Positions 21,201 through 30,046 of a DNA stretch of 64,000 nt are shown piece after piece. Numbering within the stretch: the first letter of the stretch is position 1; every line of letters begins with the position of its first letter. The stretch is from positions 62,001-126,000 of the IMG/VR virus record IMGVR_UViG_3300042558_003926; one strand, 5' to 3'. The notes under the pieces were generated by a model. It had not been told where the DNA came from. It saw nothing but the letters and a program-made list of their open reading frames with translations, and did not search any database. A program made the translations under genes and the position numbers.

Positions 21201-22295
21201 GGATATGGGGTAACCGGAGGATTTTTAAACGGAACTACCGGATCTGGTTCCTATCCAGTTGCAGCAAAAGATGAATCTGCATATTATGTTACTTCGATTT
21301 TTGGAACTGCTGGTACTTATTTTGGAAACAATTTCTCGTCTGGTCTAACATCTGGAACTAATTTTTTAACTGCAAAGATAACAGATCAAGGTACAACATT
21401 AGAATCCTTTAATAATTACATCGGATTGGATCCTAGCGGTATATCTCTGGAAAACTCATGGGCCCTACCAAATGATAATTATCTGATAAACTACAGAGAA
21501 ACTACTGGTGCTACCTCATATTCTGTTGGGTTACTTAAAACAAACAGACTCAATAAAAATCTAGATTTACAAAAAATCAGCATAGAAGAAGATAATTCCG
21601 TAGATCAGAATATTAGTCTCACATCAACAGTGGACGATTCCGGAAATATATTCATGTCAGGTTTTAATTACGGAGTAACCGGATCTGGTTTTATCTCAAC
21701 AAATCAGAACAGCGGATTTTCTTTCATTGCTAAACAATACGTTCCTGAGTTGGGAATAAATTTAGGAAATATTATATCTAGACCCGGATCTGGAGCATGG
21801 ACATGGTGTGACGTTCATTCTACAGATAAGGGAATGCAGATACCCCTTCTTTCTACTGTTATTTTTAATAATTATGCTTCAGACATTTATGGGAAGCAGA
21901 ACAACAAGTGGATATTATCAAATTCGCAAACTGGAGAGGAAATACTAAACGTAAAAAGTACCCCTTATTTTATATTCACATTCTCTGAGGCAGGAAACTA
22001 CACTATCTATAATCAGGTAGAAGATTCTTTCGGAAACGTTTATGCAATTACTAAACCCGGATTTATAGAGGTAGTTAATCATAAGATTAAAAAACCTGAA
22101 GATAAGAATCCGGACTATGTTGATTCGTTTGATTATGGTCAGCCTGAGCCTTTTGCTGGAAGAGATAGCCAGGCATTAAAATTATCTAAGGATCTAGCAG
22201 AAGAGCAAAGAAAAATAATGGAGGGTAATAACCCTCCAATAGGAACTGGATTGGTGATACCAAATAATCCTGATGCTACTTTTAGAGAAGACTAA
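18219..22295 (+). CDS. Beta-propeller (Reg_prop-like) plus PKD virion protein, probable receptor-binding/baseplate appendage
   Basis: SDYIYSLDLDEDGNLWIGTDIGLSFFDG and NSSIPDNNVLDI propeller blades; C-terminal FTFSEAGNYTIYNQVEDSFGN PKD-like. Confidence 0.65.
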   Translation: MPSYNIAINQIDTDNEFFVWGCGQDLRRFNGSSWEYYNYTNSAVPSSSPYYLDTRSISIDPEEKVWCGVAQGPTAGLNEVAVFYVNSNDVYEGQSWNFSDLGTFNEPQEISHIYASPFGDDILAFSTPLNGVGGTGASGYVSSEITGVTGGRMFYHLKETDEWKETAPDYIWPHVYDIKAKGYDGKDYFYYFGTAEGLFIIPQGTLEYATLIGGEKYLEQVTVYNTKTSGIISDYIYSLDLDEDGNLWIGTDIGLSFFDGYQFWNYPVSTGPITKVVSRPNGHVFYASGDGELSQGTGIWHFNGTTHTQFNSSNSSIPDNNVLDIKLVNRNITQSGLTVYENSLWVLSVNEISAFNYDIPHVYGSSKYEGATGWNFTYFTGTGGTGAPLPKVDKYTWLYPDWRIYQDDYLALKFPGLDPRNLFLTTELKAIADGRAGKQAYWDNWPIASYEESILVESITGPDWNSAIQVVQQSSAGVTGYVNITSSTSISTKDGIKYYVGGYITGDIVAIFGYYNDSGLATLSQINPTIGGSTDPGIDDYSSLDNGKMGFIVSYNEKGNVDSILPFRGYKTEIQDLAPSPDGDFIVATGIFDRFIESGPYVWDSKEGEVVLRGGPTGAPSGVTTRNVQGLTSGSYSWIYQSSIIVTEDWEYLPGDFGQTSTKFDLGFNGSSEWENIYQIYVNYDSLGSNLSAFMDQVVTANSIYLDNYSSDFAIYRINSISTLPNNPTGLLFNVTYSDFQAAGAVSGPFSQISGDTFSLQFYDSSINSYPLVTDLYSRSTVWNANNYLANSIFVAKIGSDLGNTFTFTDLAATGDYNRNIRSSYRGLSFRNFPGRYFLNSNLGDIKESKLDVTKYSVNLGLRSTPYFTIGSSTADLSTLRNEWNRTNDYTTAPSLILGSTTDISQNWTYDSILSYVRLSADDLALISASTSQSVYPGIGPTSADREIKSVRSIQDNNSTLITGVSNKNFNFGGIGITGTTNVYTPFYEILSPDGYGVTGGFLNGTTGSGSYPVAAKDESAYYVTSIFGTAGTYFGNNFSSGLTSGTNFLTAKITDQGTTLESFNNYIGLDPSGISLENSWALPNDNYLINYRETTGATSYSVGLLKTNRLNKNLDLQKISIEEDNSVDQNISLTSTVDDSGNIFMSGFNYGVTGSGFISTNQNSGFSFIAKQYVPELGINLGNIISRPGSGAWTWCDVHSTDKGMQIPLLSTVIFNNYASDIYGKQNNKWILSNSQTGEEILNVKSTPYFIFTFSEAGNYTIYNQVEDSFGNVYAITKPGFIEVVNHKIKKPEDKNPDYVDSFDYGQPEPFAGRDSQALKLSKDLAEEQRKIMEGNNPPIGTGLVIPNNPDATFRED

Positions 22296-22297
22296 AT

Positions 22298-23053
22298 TTA
22301 AGATCCCGGATTTTTCTCCTCCCAATCATCAAACGTTTCCTCAATAATTTTAACTATCGGATCTCTTACTATATCAGAAACATCGAATTTCATTGTACCG
22401 ATATCTGGCTTATTCTCAAATAATCTAACTACTAGATCGAGTGATGAAAGTTTAGAGTTTTTCATATCGATCTGTTTAGTGTCTCCTGTGATGATCATTT
22501 TAGTATCCGTACCGATTCTTGTCATGGTGGATCTCATATTCTTCCTGGTAATGTTTTGAGCCTCATCCACTATAATAATAGCATTATCGATCGATCTTCC
22601 TCTAATGTATGCTAGTGGAAGTACCTCTATAAACCCTTGATCTAGCATTATTTGCGTTGTACCTTCGCCTATTAATTTATAGAAGTTATCTAGGAATGAT
22701 ATAGTAAAAGGAAACATTTTTTCTTTTAGATCTCCCTTTAAGAATCCAACCTCTTCTCCCTCTAAAACTGTTACACTTTTTACAAGTATTATTTTTTTAA
22801 ATCTGGGATCACTTTTTAGAAGTTTTAAAGCCTGAGCGCACGCTACATACGTTTTACCAGTTCCTGCTGGTCCAGCAGCTATGGTTATCTTGTTATTGTT
22901 AATTAAGCTGATTAAATTTTTCTGGTTCTCGTTTTTATACTTATACTCAACCTTAATTTTCTGAACATCAAATCTAGATGAACTTTGTGGTTGATATCCA
23001 GGAGGAAATGTCTCATAGAATTCGTCGTCTGTTATTCTTCTCTTTCTAGCCAT
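22298..23053 (-). CDS. phoH: PhoH-family ATPase
   Basis: GPAGTGKT Walker A; GFLKGDLKEK, LAYIRGRS, IIVDEAQN, TRIG, GDTKQID, DIVR. Confidence 0.95.
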   Translation of the reverse strand: MARKRRITDDEFYETFPPGYQPQSSSRFDVQKIKVEYKYKNENQKNLISLINNNKITIAAGPAGTGKTYVACAQALKLLKSDPRFKKIILVKSVTVLEGEEVGFLKGDLKEKMFPFTISFLDNFYKLIGEGTTQIMLDQGFIEVLPLAYIRGRSIDNAIIIVDEAQNITRKNMRSTMTRIGTDTKMIITGDTKQIDMKNSKLSSLDLVVRLFENKPDIGTMKFDVSDIVRDPIVKIIEETFDDWEEKNPGS

Positions 23054-23238
23054 TCGGTTTTTATTTTTTATTTTTTAGTTAACATCAACCCATAATAATT
23101 TGGACTGAAAAAATCGTAAATATTTTAGTGATTTCGGGAAATAAAACATCTTTTTTGCAGTTAAAGATATGTCTTTAAGATATTTATTAAGGAGTTTAGA
23201 TATTTGTCCCGTCATATTTAAGTGTTGTCTGTGACAAG

Positions 23239-23246
23239 GATATATA
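23239..23246 (+). promoter_or_regulatory. Late promoter motif GATATATA
   Basis: Intergenic, upstream of the structural operon starting at 23277. Confidence 0.65.
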
Positions 23247-23276
23247 TTTCGCTTTTAAAACAAACAACTAACAAAA

Positions 23277-24182
23277 ATGGCAACTGTAAACATTAATGAA
23301 ATTTTAGGCTCGGATTCGATTTCCGGATCGAGAGTAACCATTAACTCCAATTTCTTGACTCTTCAAAACTGGATAAATGGATATGTTAACGTATTTGGGA
23401 TCGATACTGTTAATGGAATTTTAGATCTCACTGGTGCTTCCACCGGTAGGGTTTCAGCTAAGATTGGTAAATTCGATTCTGTGTCTTTACCTTCAACCGG
23501 GGTTTCTACCGCATCGATTAATAATCTAGGACAGGCATCATTTGCAAGCGTTCAGACAACAACATTAACCGCATCCGGAGCTGTTACCGCTTCTTCGTCT
23601 ATTACATTTGGTACTTCATCGGTTTTTGTTGCCGGCGGAACCTCAAGCTTTAATGGACCTTTAAATGCAAATGCAGCTTTGTATTTAGGAACACAAGGAC
23701 ACGTAGTTAGTCAAAATACAACTTATGCAAGTGGTGCAACCGCAGGAACAGCATTCCCGATTAACACTGCCGGTGGAGGTGGACGATACACATCAGTAAA
23801 CTCTCCTTATGCTATAACTGGTCTAGAGGATGTTATTTATGCTGAGTGTGGTCCAACCGGATTCTATATGAAAGTTGTGGATGGTACATCTCCAGTAGGT
23901 GGTACTCTCCCTAACTTACCACAGGGGACTAGAGTTACTATAGTAAACACTTCTGCAGCTACTGGATATATTCGTACAGGGGTAACAGGATCTAGTAGCT
24001 ATTACACTGGATTTAATACCGCTTCTACTTATGGGGGATTTTCTACTACTGGTATAGTTATACCGCAGAGTAAAGCTTATAGATCTTCTATTACTTTACA
24101 ATGGGAACCTAGAGTTGCTCAAGGACAGGCTACTCAAAATGGATCTTGGGTGGTTATCGGATCAGCTAATATGACGGTGTAA
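23277..24182 (+). CDS. Short fibre-like virion protein
   Basis: N-terminal EILGSDSISGSRVTINSNF anchor related to the fibre N-termini at 35537-40473; Gly/Thr/Ser-rich. Confidence 0.55.
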   Translation: MATVNINEILGSDSISGSRVTINSNFLTLQNWINGYVNVFGIDTVNGILDLTGASTGRVSAKIGKFDSVSLPSTGVSTASINNLGQASFASVQTTTLTASGAVTASSSITFGTSSVFVAGGTSSFNGPLNANAALYLGTQGHVVSQNTTYASGATAGTAFPINTAGGGGRYTSVNSPYAITGLEDVIYAECGPTGFYMKVVDGTSPVGGTLPNLPQGTRVTIVNTSAATGYIRTGVTGSSSYYTGFNTASTYGGFSTTGIVIPQSKAYRSSITLQWEPRVAQGQATQNGSWVVIGSANMTV

Positions 24183-24203
24183 TTATAAAATTATAAAAAA
24201 TAA

Positions 24204-26402
24204 ATGGCAAAGACACCTTTTATAAGGCCTTTACAGATACAAGGAGGAACATTTTATACATTCTCTTCATCAGCGGAGGATCTATCATTTACGTTTAATA
24301 ATTCGGTAAATAAATTTAGATTTTCTAAGTTTGCTCTACTGAATATTCCAGATATAGATAACAGCGCTAGCTCTTATGATAATATCATCAGATTAAATGG
24401 ACCGGACAGCGCATTCTTAGATTGGGCTAACAACACACAGCAGATCATAACAGGAAATGCAAACGTTGATTTTTCCCAAAGTTTTCAGAGCTACTGTTTA
24501 AACCTAGAGAGCACAGTTATTAGTACTGATGATTACAACTCAGATTTAAAGCAGAATGTTTCCGAGAGAGTATTTTTTAAATGGCTTAGAGAAATTGGAG
24601 CCATTAGATTTAGAGCTGCTAATAGCAGTGAAGTAGTTCCCACGTTAGACCAGAACACAGTAACCACAGTAAATGGATTACCAGTTACTGAAAAAAGATA
24701 TGTAGAAGGAGACGCAACAGCAGGAACTACCGGAGCATATGGTATGACTGGTGCTTCTTATAACAGAGTCATTCAGTATGTGGGTAACCTTGATATAGTT
24801 AATTCCGTAAAGAATTCAACAAATACATATTCGGAGGTCTATGTTTATATTCCTACTAAGGACGGTAATACACCTTATGTTTTATTCAAGAACATAGTTG
24901 ACCAGAACTATTATCCAGATTATCAATGGTCGAATGACCCTAGTAATCCTTTGAATGATGAATATCTTTTTGGTAGAAATTATGATGAGGTTAATCCTAG
25001 CGGGTTAACAACATTAGCTATATTTGATGATGATGTTTTAGGATCTCCGGTTTCTACTTATTTTGATACTGGTGTTAGCGGTGCAACAGCTTCGGGTAAT
25101 TGGTACTCGCCAAGAGACACGGCCAATACATATTTTACAGATCCTTCATTCGTAGATCCATCTAACTACGTTCTTACAAAGAGTGATAACTCACAGAGTC
25201 TTACGTATGTTAGAAGTAAACTTGACTCAGTAGGTATAGATTTCGATCCGAACTCATACCAAGAGATATTGTCTGATCCTAATATCTCTACTCTGGAGGA
25301 ATTTAATTCAACTTCAGCTGCTGCAGATTTTGAATTTAATGCGGTTCTGATATACTACGATGTCTACGATCCGGCTAATCCTAATGACGTTGCTACCAAT
25401 CTTTATGGTGTACTATTTTTAGATGATGTTAATACATCGAGTGGTGATATTTTTATACCACGCTTACAAAAGAATAGACCTAATCCGGTAACCAAATTAA
25501 ATGGGAATTCATATGGATTTAAGATAAATCTTAAATTCGATACAGATGTAGATCAAACCGGGGTAGAACAGGCTATCAACGATTATTCTCCATTCTCATT
25601 GTCCATGTTTATGGACTCGATGAATGTTCTACAGGATGCGAGCTCGACATTAAATAATACTGTAGTTCAGTTTATAGATGTAAGTGAGAGAGTTTCTAAT
25701 TTAGAGACTCTAGTTCTTTCGACTGAGACATCTTTAGACTTAAGCGCAAGGATACTTTCTTTAGAGCAAACAATAGCTGCTAATCAGGCTCTTTTCAATA
25801 ACACGCAGGCTGTTATGGGTCTGATTAATCAAAATTATGACCTTGTAAGAGCTTTAATAAATAACCAAACTAGCATAGAGGTATCATACAATTTAGATCT
25901 TCTAAAGCAAGGTACTGGTATACTTCTAGATAGAAGCGTTCCTAATGAGGTTACGGTTAAAAATGCTAGTCAGGATTTTAATATAGGAGCAAATTCAGGA
26001 AGGGGTACTTTGACACAAACCGGAAACAATGAAATTTCTCTCTTAGAATTTTCCAATTATTTTAAGCATGTGAATAACGGGAATCCTATTACTCTTACCC
26101 AGGACATGACTATACGGATCAAGGATACCAATAAATGGAAAACTGGACAGAGATTTAGACTCTCGTTCGGAGATCCAATATATCCTGGCAATTTTCTAAT
26201 AAAGATATTGACAGATTATCAGGGGCTTTATCCTGTATCTAGTCCTAGCGGAATAGCTTATTCCACTAATATCATCACTTTAGATGATACAATTTTATCG
26301 GGTGAATCCTATATACCGGTATTGGATATAGTTTGTATTGACGACCAGAATTTGAAATTTCAGGTTGATATAATAGGAAAAAGCTTGACAAATAACAATT
26401 AA
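24204..26402 (+). CDS. Virion structural protein with central coiled coil
   Basis: 732 aa in the structural operon; heptad region ERVSNLETLV...ARILSLEQTI. Confidence 0.55.
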   Translation: MAKTPFIRPLQIQGGTFYTFSSSAEDLSFTFNNSVNKFRFSKFALLNIPDIDNSASSYDNIIRLNGPDSAFLDWANNTQQIITGNANVDFSQSFQSYCLNLESTVISTDDYNSDLKQNVSERVFFKWLREIGAIRFRAANSSEVVPTLDQNTVTTVNGLPVTEKRYVEGDATAGTTGAYGMTGASYNRVIQYVGNLDIVNSVKNSTNTYSEVYVYIPTKDGNTPYVLFKNIVDQNYYPDYQWSNDPSNPLNDEYLFGRNYDEVNPSGLTTLAIFDDDVLGSPVSTYFDTGVSGATASGNWYSPRDTANTYFTDPSFVDPSNYVLTKSDNSQSLTYVRSKLDSVGIDFDPNSYQEILSDPNISTLEEFNSTSAAADFEFNAVLIYYDVYDPANPNDVATNLYGVLFLDDVNTSSGDIFIPRLQKNRPNPVTKLNGNSYGFKINLKFDTDVDQTGVEQAINDYSPFSLSMFMDSMNVLQDASSTLNNTVVQFIDVSERVSNLETLVLSTETSLDLSARILSLEQTIAANQALFNNTQAVMGLINQNYDLVRALINNQTSIEVSYNLDLLKQGTGILLDRSVPNEVTVKNASQDFNIGANSGRGTLTQTGNNEISLLEFSNYFKHVNNGNPITLTQDMTIRIKDTNKWKTGQRFRLSFGDPIYPGNFLIKILTDYQGLYPVSSPSGIAYSTNIITLDDTILSGESYIPVLDIVCIDDQNLKFQVDIIGKSLTNNN

Positions 26403-26419
26403 AAACAAAGTTACCTAAA

Positions 26420-29400
26420 ATGGCAGGAACACAAAATAGTATTAGCTCTTTATTAGCTCAATTCCTAAGACTCCAGAAGAACTCTCTTGAAATAATGAAC
26501 GGTCTTACTGAGGCTACTGTTTCCACAAACGAGACTGTTAGCATAGAGGTTCTTGACGAACAGGGACTTCCTAAAAATGCTAATGTTCCATCTTACGGAT
26601 ATCTAAAAAGCCAAATTGATCGATTGGATAATAATGTTAAAGCATTAGCCGGGATAGGAGAAACATCAGCAACAGTTAGAAACCCCGACGGGACATATTC
26701 ACAGGTTTTCAAATCCGCTACTTTAAAAGAACCGCCAAGAATAACTAATCTGACAGTACCTAGTACTTTCAGCGTTAAAGATAATTGGTTTTTCGAGAGC
26801 TTTCTTAATCCACTTCTTTATATTAACGTTAATGTAACTGGACAGGTTCAGGATCTTGCTGATAGAATAGTAGTAAAAAGAATTATAGCAAACACAGAAA
26901 CAGATGAACAGAAGCAATATTTCGATCTTCAGCTTAAGGGAAGGAATGATCTATCTTACGATCAATTCATTTCATTATTGGGAGATAATGGCATTGGTTA
27001 TTTCGTTGATGAGGATATAATTCCTCTCCCTCTAAGAACTATCAGATACATCGGTGGTTTTTCGGTACTGGGTTACTATGATGACACTCTGACAACAACC
27101 GATCAGTTTGGAAACCAGGTCCAACAATTAAGAAGAAACTATAAATTGGATAAGTTAACTTATACTGATACCGTTTCTGGAGTACCTGACGGAAAAACAT
27201 TGGATATTAGGGACGTAATAACAACGGAGGACGGGAGTAGATACCAGGTAACCTCGGTTGATTCTAATCAGTCTTCTATCCAAGTTAAAAGAGTATCCGG
27301 TTATCAGCCAATACAGATTGGAGCTAACGTTTTAACCATATCTTCTCCTGATTTTGGGGCTAGAAACGTCCAGGTAAATGTTGGATTTAACGAGAGACAA
27401 GGGGTTTTCTTTAAAGGAATAGATGATAACTTCAATATTGTAAGTGCTATATGGTCGACCGGTATAATTTTCTGGAGCAACGAACTTAGAACAAAAAATT
27501 CCAACGGTGAGGTATTAACCCTGGAGAACTACTACCTTAATGAGGTTTCTGACTTTGGTAAGATATTTCTAGGTGCTGCTAAGGAAAAACCAATTCCTGC
27601 AATCCAGGGATTAACTCCGGATGCTCCTTTAGTCACAGCTAATAGTTTTAAAGTAGTTCAAATAAACAAACAGCTAACCCAATCTGTTTCAGCTCAAACT
27701 GTAGAAAGCAAGCTTAATGCTAAAAGCTCTTTAAAAAGTGAGATTTCAGCATTAGATGCTGCTATAAATGATGCACAGGCACAACTAAATATTGGACTTA
27801 GCCAAACAACAACTACTTCTAATACTTCGGGATCAACTACAAATAAATCAATTGCAGCTAGTGTTACTACATCTCCTCCTGGAGTAAATAGTGATTCAGT
27901 AAAGGCAAATCTTAACAACCTAGTAAATGAGAGAACAAAGAAGGTTCAGCTCTACTCTTCTCTGGTTGAGGAGGTCAGTACTTTAACTAAGGACGTTCCG
28001 CAAGTAGTAACTGCACCTAAGTATAGAGTTAGAGGATTCTGGCCAATGCCTGCTGCAAAAGAGGATCCAAATACAGGTAGTCAGAGTGTAATCCAATTTT
28101 CCGTTAGATATAGATATCTAAGCGATAGTGGATCAGCACAGCCATCCGATCAGATAGAATTTGTTGATAACGACGGACAGAAAAAAAGCGCATCTTTTTC
28201 TAACTGGACCGAATATAAGACGGACATCAGAAAAAAGGTCTATAATACAAATAAGGGTATTTACGTTTGGGCAGACGAGATCACCTCAGATTCTGACGTT
28301 CAGAACATAAACCAGTTGGATATTCCAATTACCAAAGGTGAAAGATTAGAGATACAGATAGCATCGATATCCGAAGCTGGATGGCCATCTAATTCTCTAG
28401 CTTCAGGATATTCGGAGTCAGTAATTATATCATTCCCAGACGACCTTAGTGTGAATGGTATTTCTGATACTGTTGTCAAAAACAACCAGGATGTTGCTGT
28501 GGTTGAAGTACAGAAATCTTTGGATGCTCAGGGTCTTCCGATTCACCTTTCACAACAGTTTACAGAAAATGGTAAAACATATGTTCATGATTCAACTAGT
28601 ATAGCCAGTGGATTTTATAATTCAAGCGGACTGGTAGTTAGTTTATTTGATAAAATGCAGGAGATGCAAAATCAGATACTTCTACTAACAGCTCAGCTTA
28701 ACAATGCTAAAGGGGTACTGGAAGTTTATGTTGTTGATTCCACTAATAATAAGATTAAGGTATCTAAAGGATCTTTAGTTAAGATTAATGCTGGTTATTA
28801 TAGCGATATATTTACTAACCCATTAACTACAGATGCTGGTAAAATATCATCGTTTACATACAATGTTCAACTCTATAACGCACAAGCTTCATTAGTAGAA
28901 CTAGCTTCTTTAATTCCAGGAGGACTTGCTGTTAAGGCTCCTTCTACTGTTTCTCCTAACACATATCCTGTAGGGTATGATGATAATTTAAGATATGGAG
29001 ATTGTCCTATATCTATAACATCGCTTACCCTTAGTGACAGCTCTATAGAAGATAATACTTATTTTAGACAAGCACCACCTTTTGCTTCATCTAGTGCATA
29101 TTCTCAATACGTCTATCCGAGATTTAAAAGTGTTGGTTATGATCAGGATCTTTATAACGGAGGAACAACCAACTCTTCCAGCTTTACAGCCATTTATGAC
29201 ACTAACTACGCATACGATGGATCAATATCTGGAACTATAAATTTTGGTATTAGCGGAACATATCCGCAAAACGGTACGATCATGATACCATATGATCCAA
29301 CTGCTACGCCTGGAATAGTTTCGGGTGCTACTGCTTCTAATATATGGATAGGAACATTTAGCGGAACTACAGGTGGAACTCCAAATGGTGGTGGACCTAT

Positions 29401-30028
29401 CTCTGAATTTTGTATAGATATAAACCATCCTTATCTTGTATCTATAGGAGAAAGTTATTCTTTTGTTAATTACGGAGATCTAGCTAAGCCCTACGCTGCT
29501 AATACTAAGGTGTATCCACCCTTTAGACACACACAAACATTCTGGGGTGATACCACATTAGATTACTACTGGGCTCAGCAATCATACAGAGTACCTTCAG
29601 CATTTGCTACAGGAGCTACTGCTTCAAGAGATGATAGAATGTATGCAGATAAGCTAGGATTTACCTCAAATGACGAATATTTGATAGGTAAATTCTCCTG
29701 CGGGGCATATTTGTATTTAGGTCCAACCACATCTTCTTCTGTTCAAGTAGATGGCAGTACATCCTTATCTACGAGAGCTCTTGCAGACGGTGAAACTAAT
29801 GCCATAAATATACCTCTAATTTTCCAATTTAGAGCGGTTGATAAAGCGGGTTTCATTGGAGGATGGAGAAAATCGGGTACACTATCCAATATTACTTATA
29901 CTAAAAAACTAGGTATTGATATACAGGTTAAAAACGAGGACATATTCTCATTTGATGTTCAAATAAGCGGATCATATAAGAATGATACCCTCGTTGCTCC
30001 TAATTTCGATAGTGGAACTACTAGTTAA
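26420..30028 (+). CDS. Large virion structural protein with coiled coils
   Basis: 1202 aa; Thr/Ser/Asn-rich; coiled-coil segments; operon context. Confidence 0.55.
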   Translation: MAGTQNSISSLLAQFLRLQKNSLEIMNGLTEATVSTNETVSIEVLDEQGLPKNANVPSYGYLKSQIDRLDNNVKALAGIGETSATVRNPDGTYSQVFKSATLKEPPRITNLTVPSTFSVKDNWFFESFLNPLLYINVNVTGQVQDLADRIVVKRIIANTETDEQKQYFDLQLKGRNDLSYDQFISLLGDNGIGYFVDEDIIPLPLRTIRYIGGFSVLGYYDDTLTTTDQFGNQVQQLRRNYKLDKLTYTDTVSGVPDGKTLDIRDVITTEDGSRYQVTSVDSNQSSIQVKRVSGYQPIQIGANVLTISSPDFGARNVQVNVGFNERQGVFFKGIDDNFNIVSAIWSTGIIFWSNELRTKNSNGEVLTLENYYLNEVSDFGKIFLGAAKEKPIPAIQGLTPDAPLVTANSFKVVQINKQLTQSVSAQTVESKLNAKSSLKSEISALDAAINDAQAQLNIGLSQTTTTSNTSGSTTNKSIAASVTTSPPGVNSDSVKANLNNLVNERTKKVQLYSSLVEEVSTLTKDVPQVVTAPKYRVRGFWPMPAAKEDPNTGSQSVIQFSVRYRYLSDSGSAQPSDQIEFVDNDGQKKSASFSNWTEYKTDIRKKVYNTNKGIYVWADEITSDSDVQNINQLDIPITKGERLEIQIASISEAGWPSNSLASGYSESVIISFPDDLSVNGISDTVVKNNQDVAVVEVQKSLDAQGLPIHLSQQFTENGKTYVHDSTSIASGFYNSSGLVVSLFDKMQEMQNQILLLTAQLNNAKGVLEVYVVDSTNNKIKVSKGSLVKINAGYYSDIFTNPLTTDAGKISSFTYNVQLYNAQASLVELASLIPGGLAVKAPSTVSPNTYPVGYDDNLRYGDCPISITSLTLSDSSIEDNTYFRQAPPFASSSAYSQYVYPRFKSVGYDQDLYNGGTTNSSSFTAIYDTNYAYDGSISGTINFGISGTYPQNGTIMIPYDPTATPGIVSGATASNIWIGTFSGTTGGTPNGGGPISEFCIDINHPYLVSIGESYSFVNYGDLAKPYAANTKVYPPFRHTQTFWGDTTLDYYWAQQSYRVPSAFATGATASRDDRMYADKLGFTSNDEYLIGKFSCGAYLYLGPTTSSSVQVDGSTSLSTRALADGETNAINIPLIFQFRAVDKAGFIGGWRKSGTLSNITYTKKLGIDIQVKNEDIFSFDVQISGSYKNDTLVAPNFDSGTTS

Positions 30029-30046
30029 TAAACTAAAAAATGATTT

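Noticed and set aside
23054-23276. tRNA or structured ncRNA in the largest intergenic gap
   Set aside because: No cloverleaf, T-loop (GTTCRA) or convincing long stem seen; consistent with a divergent promoter region
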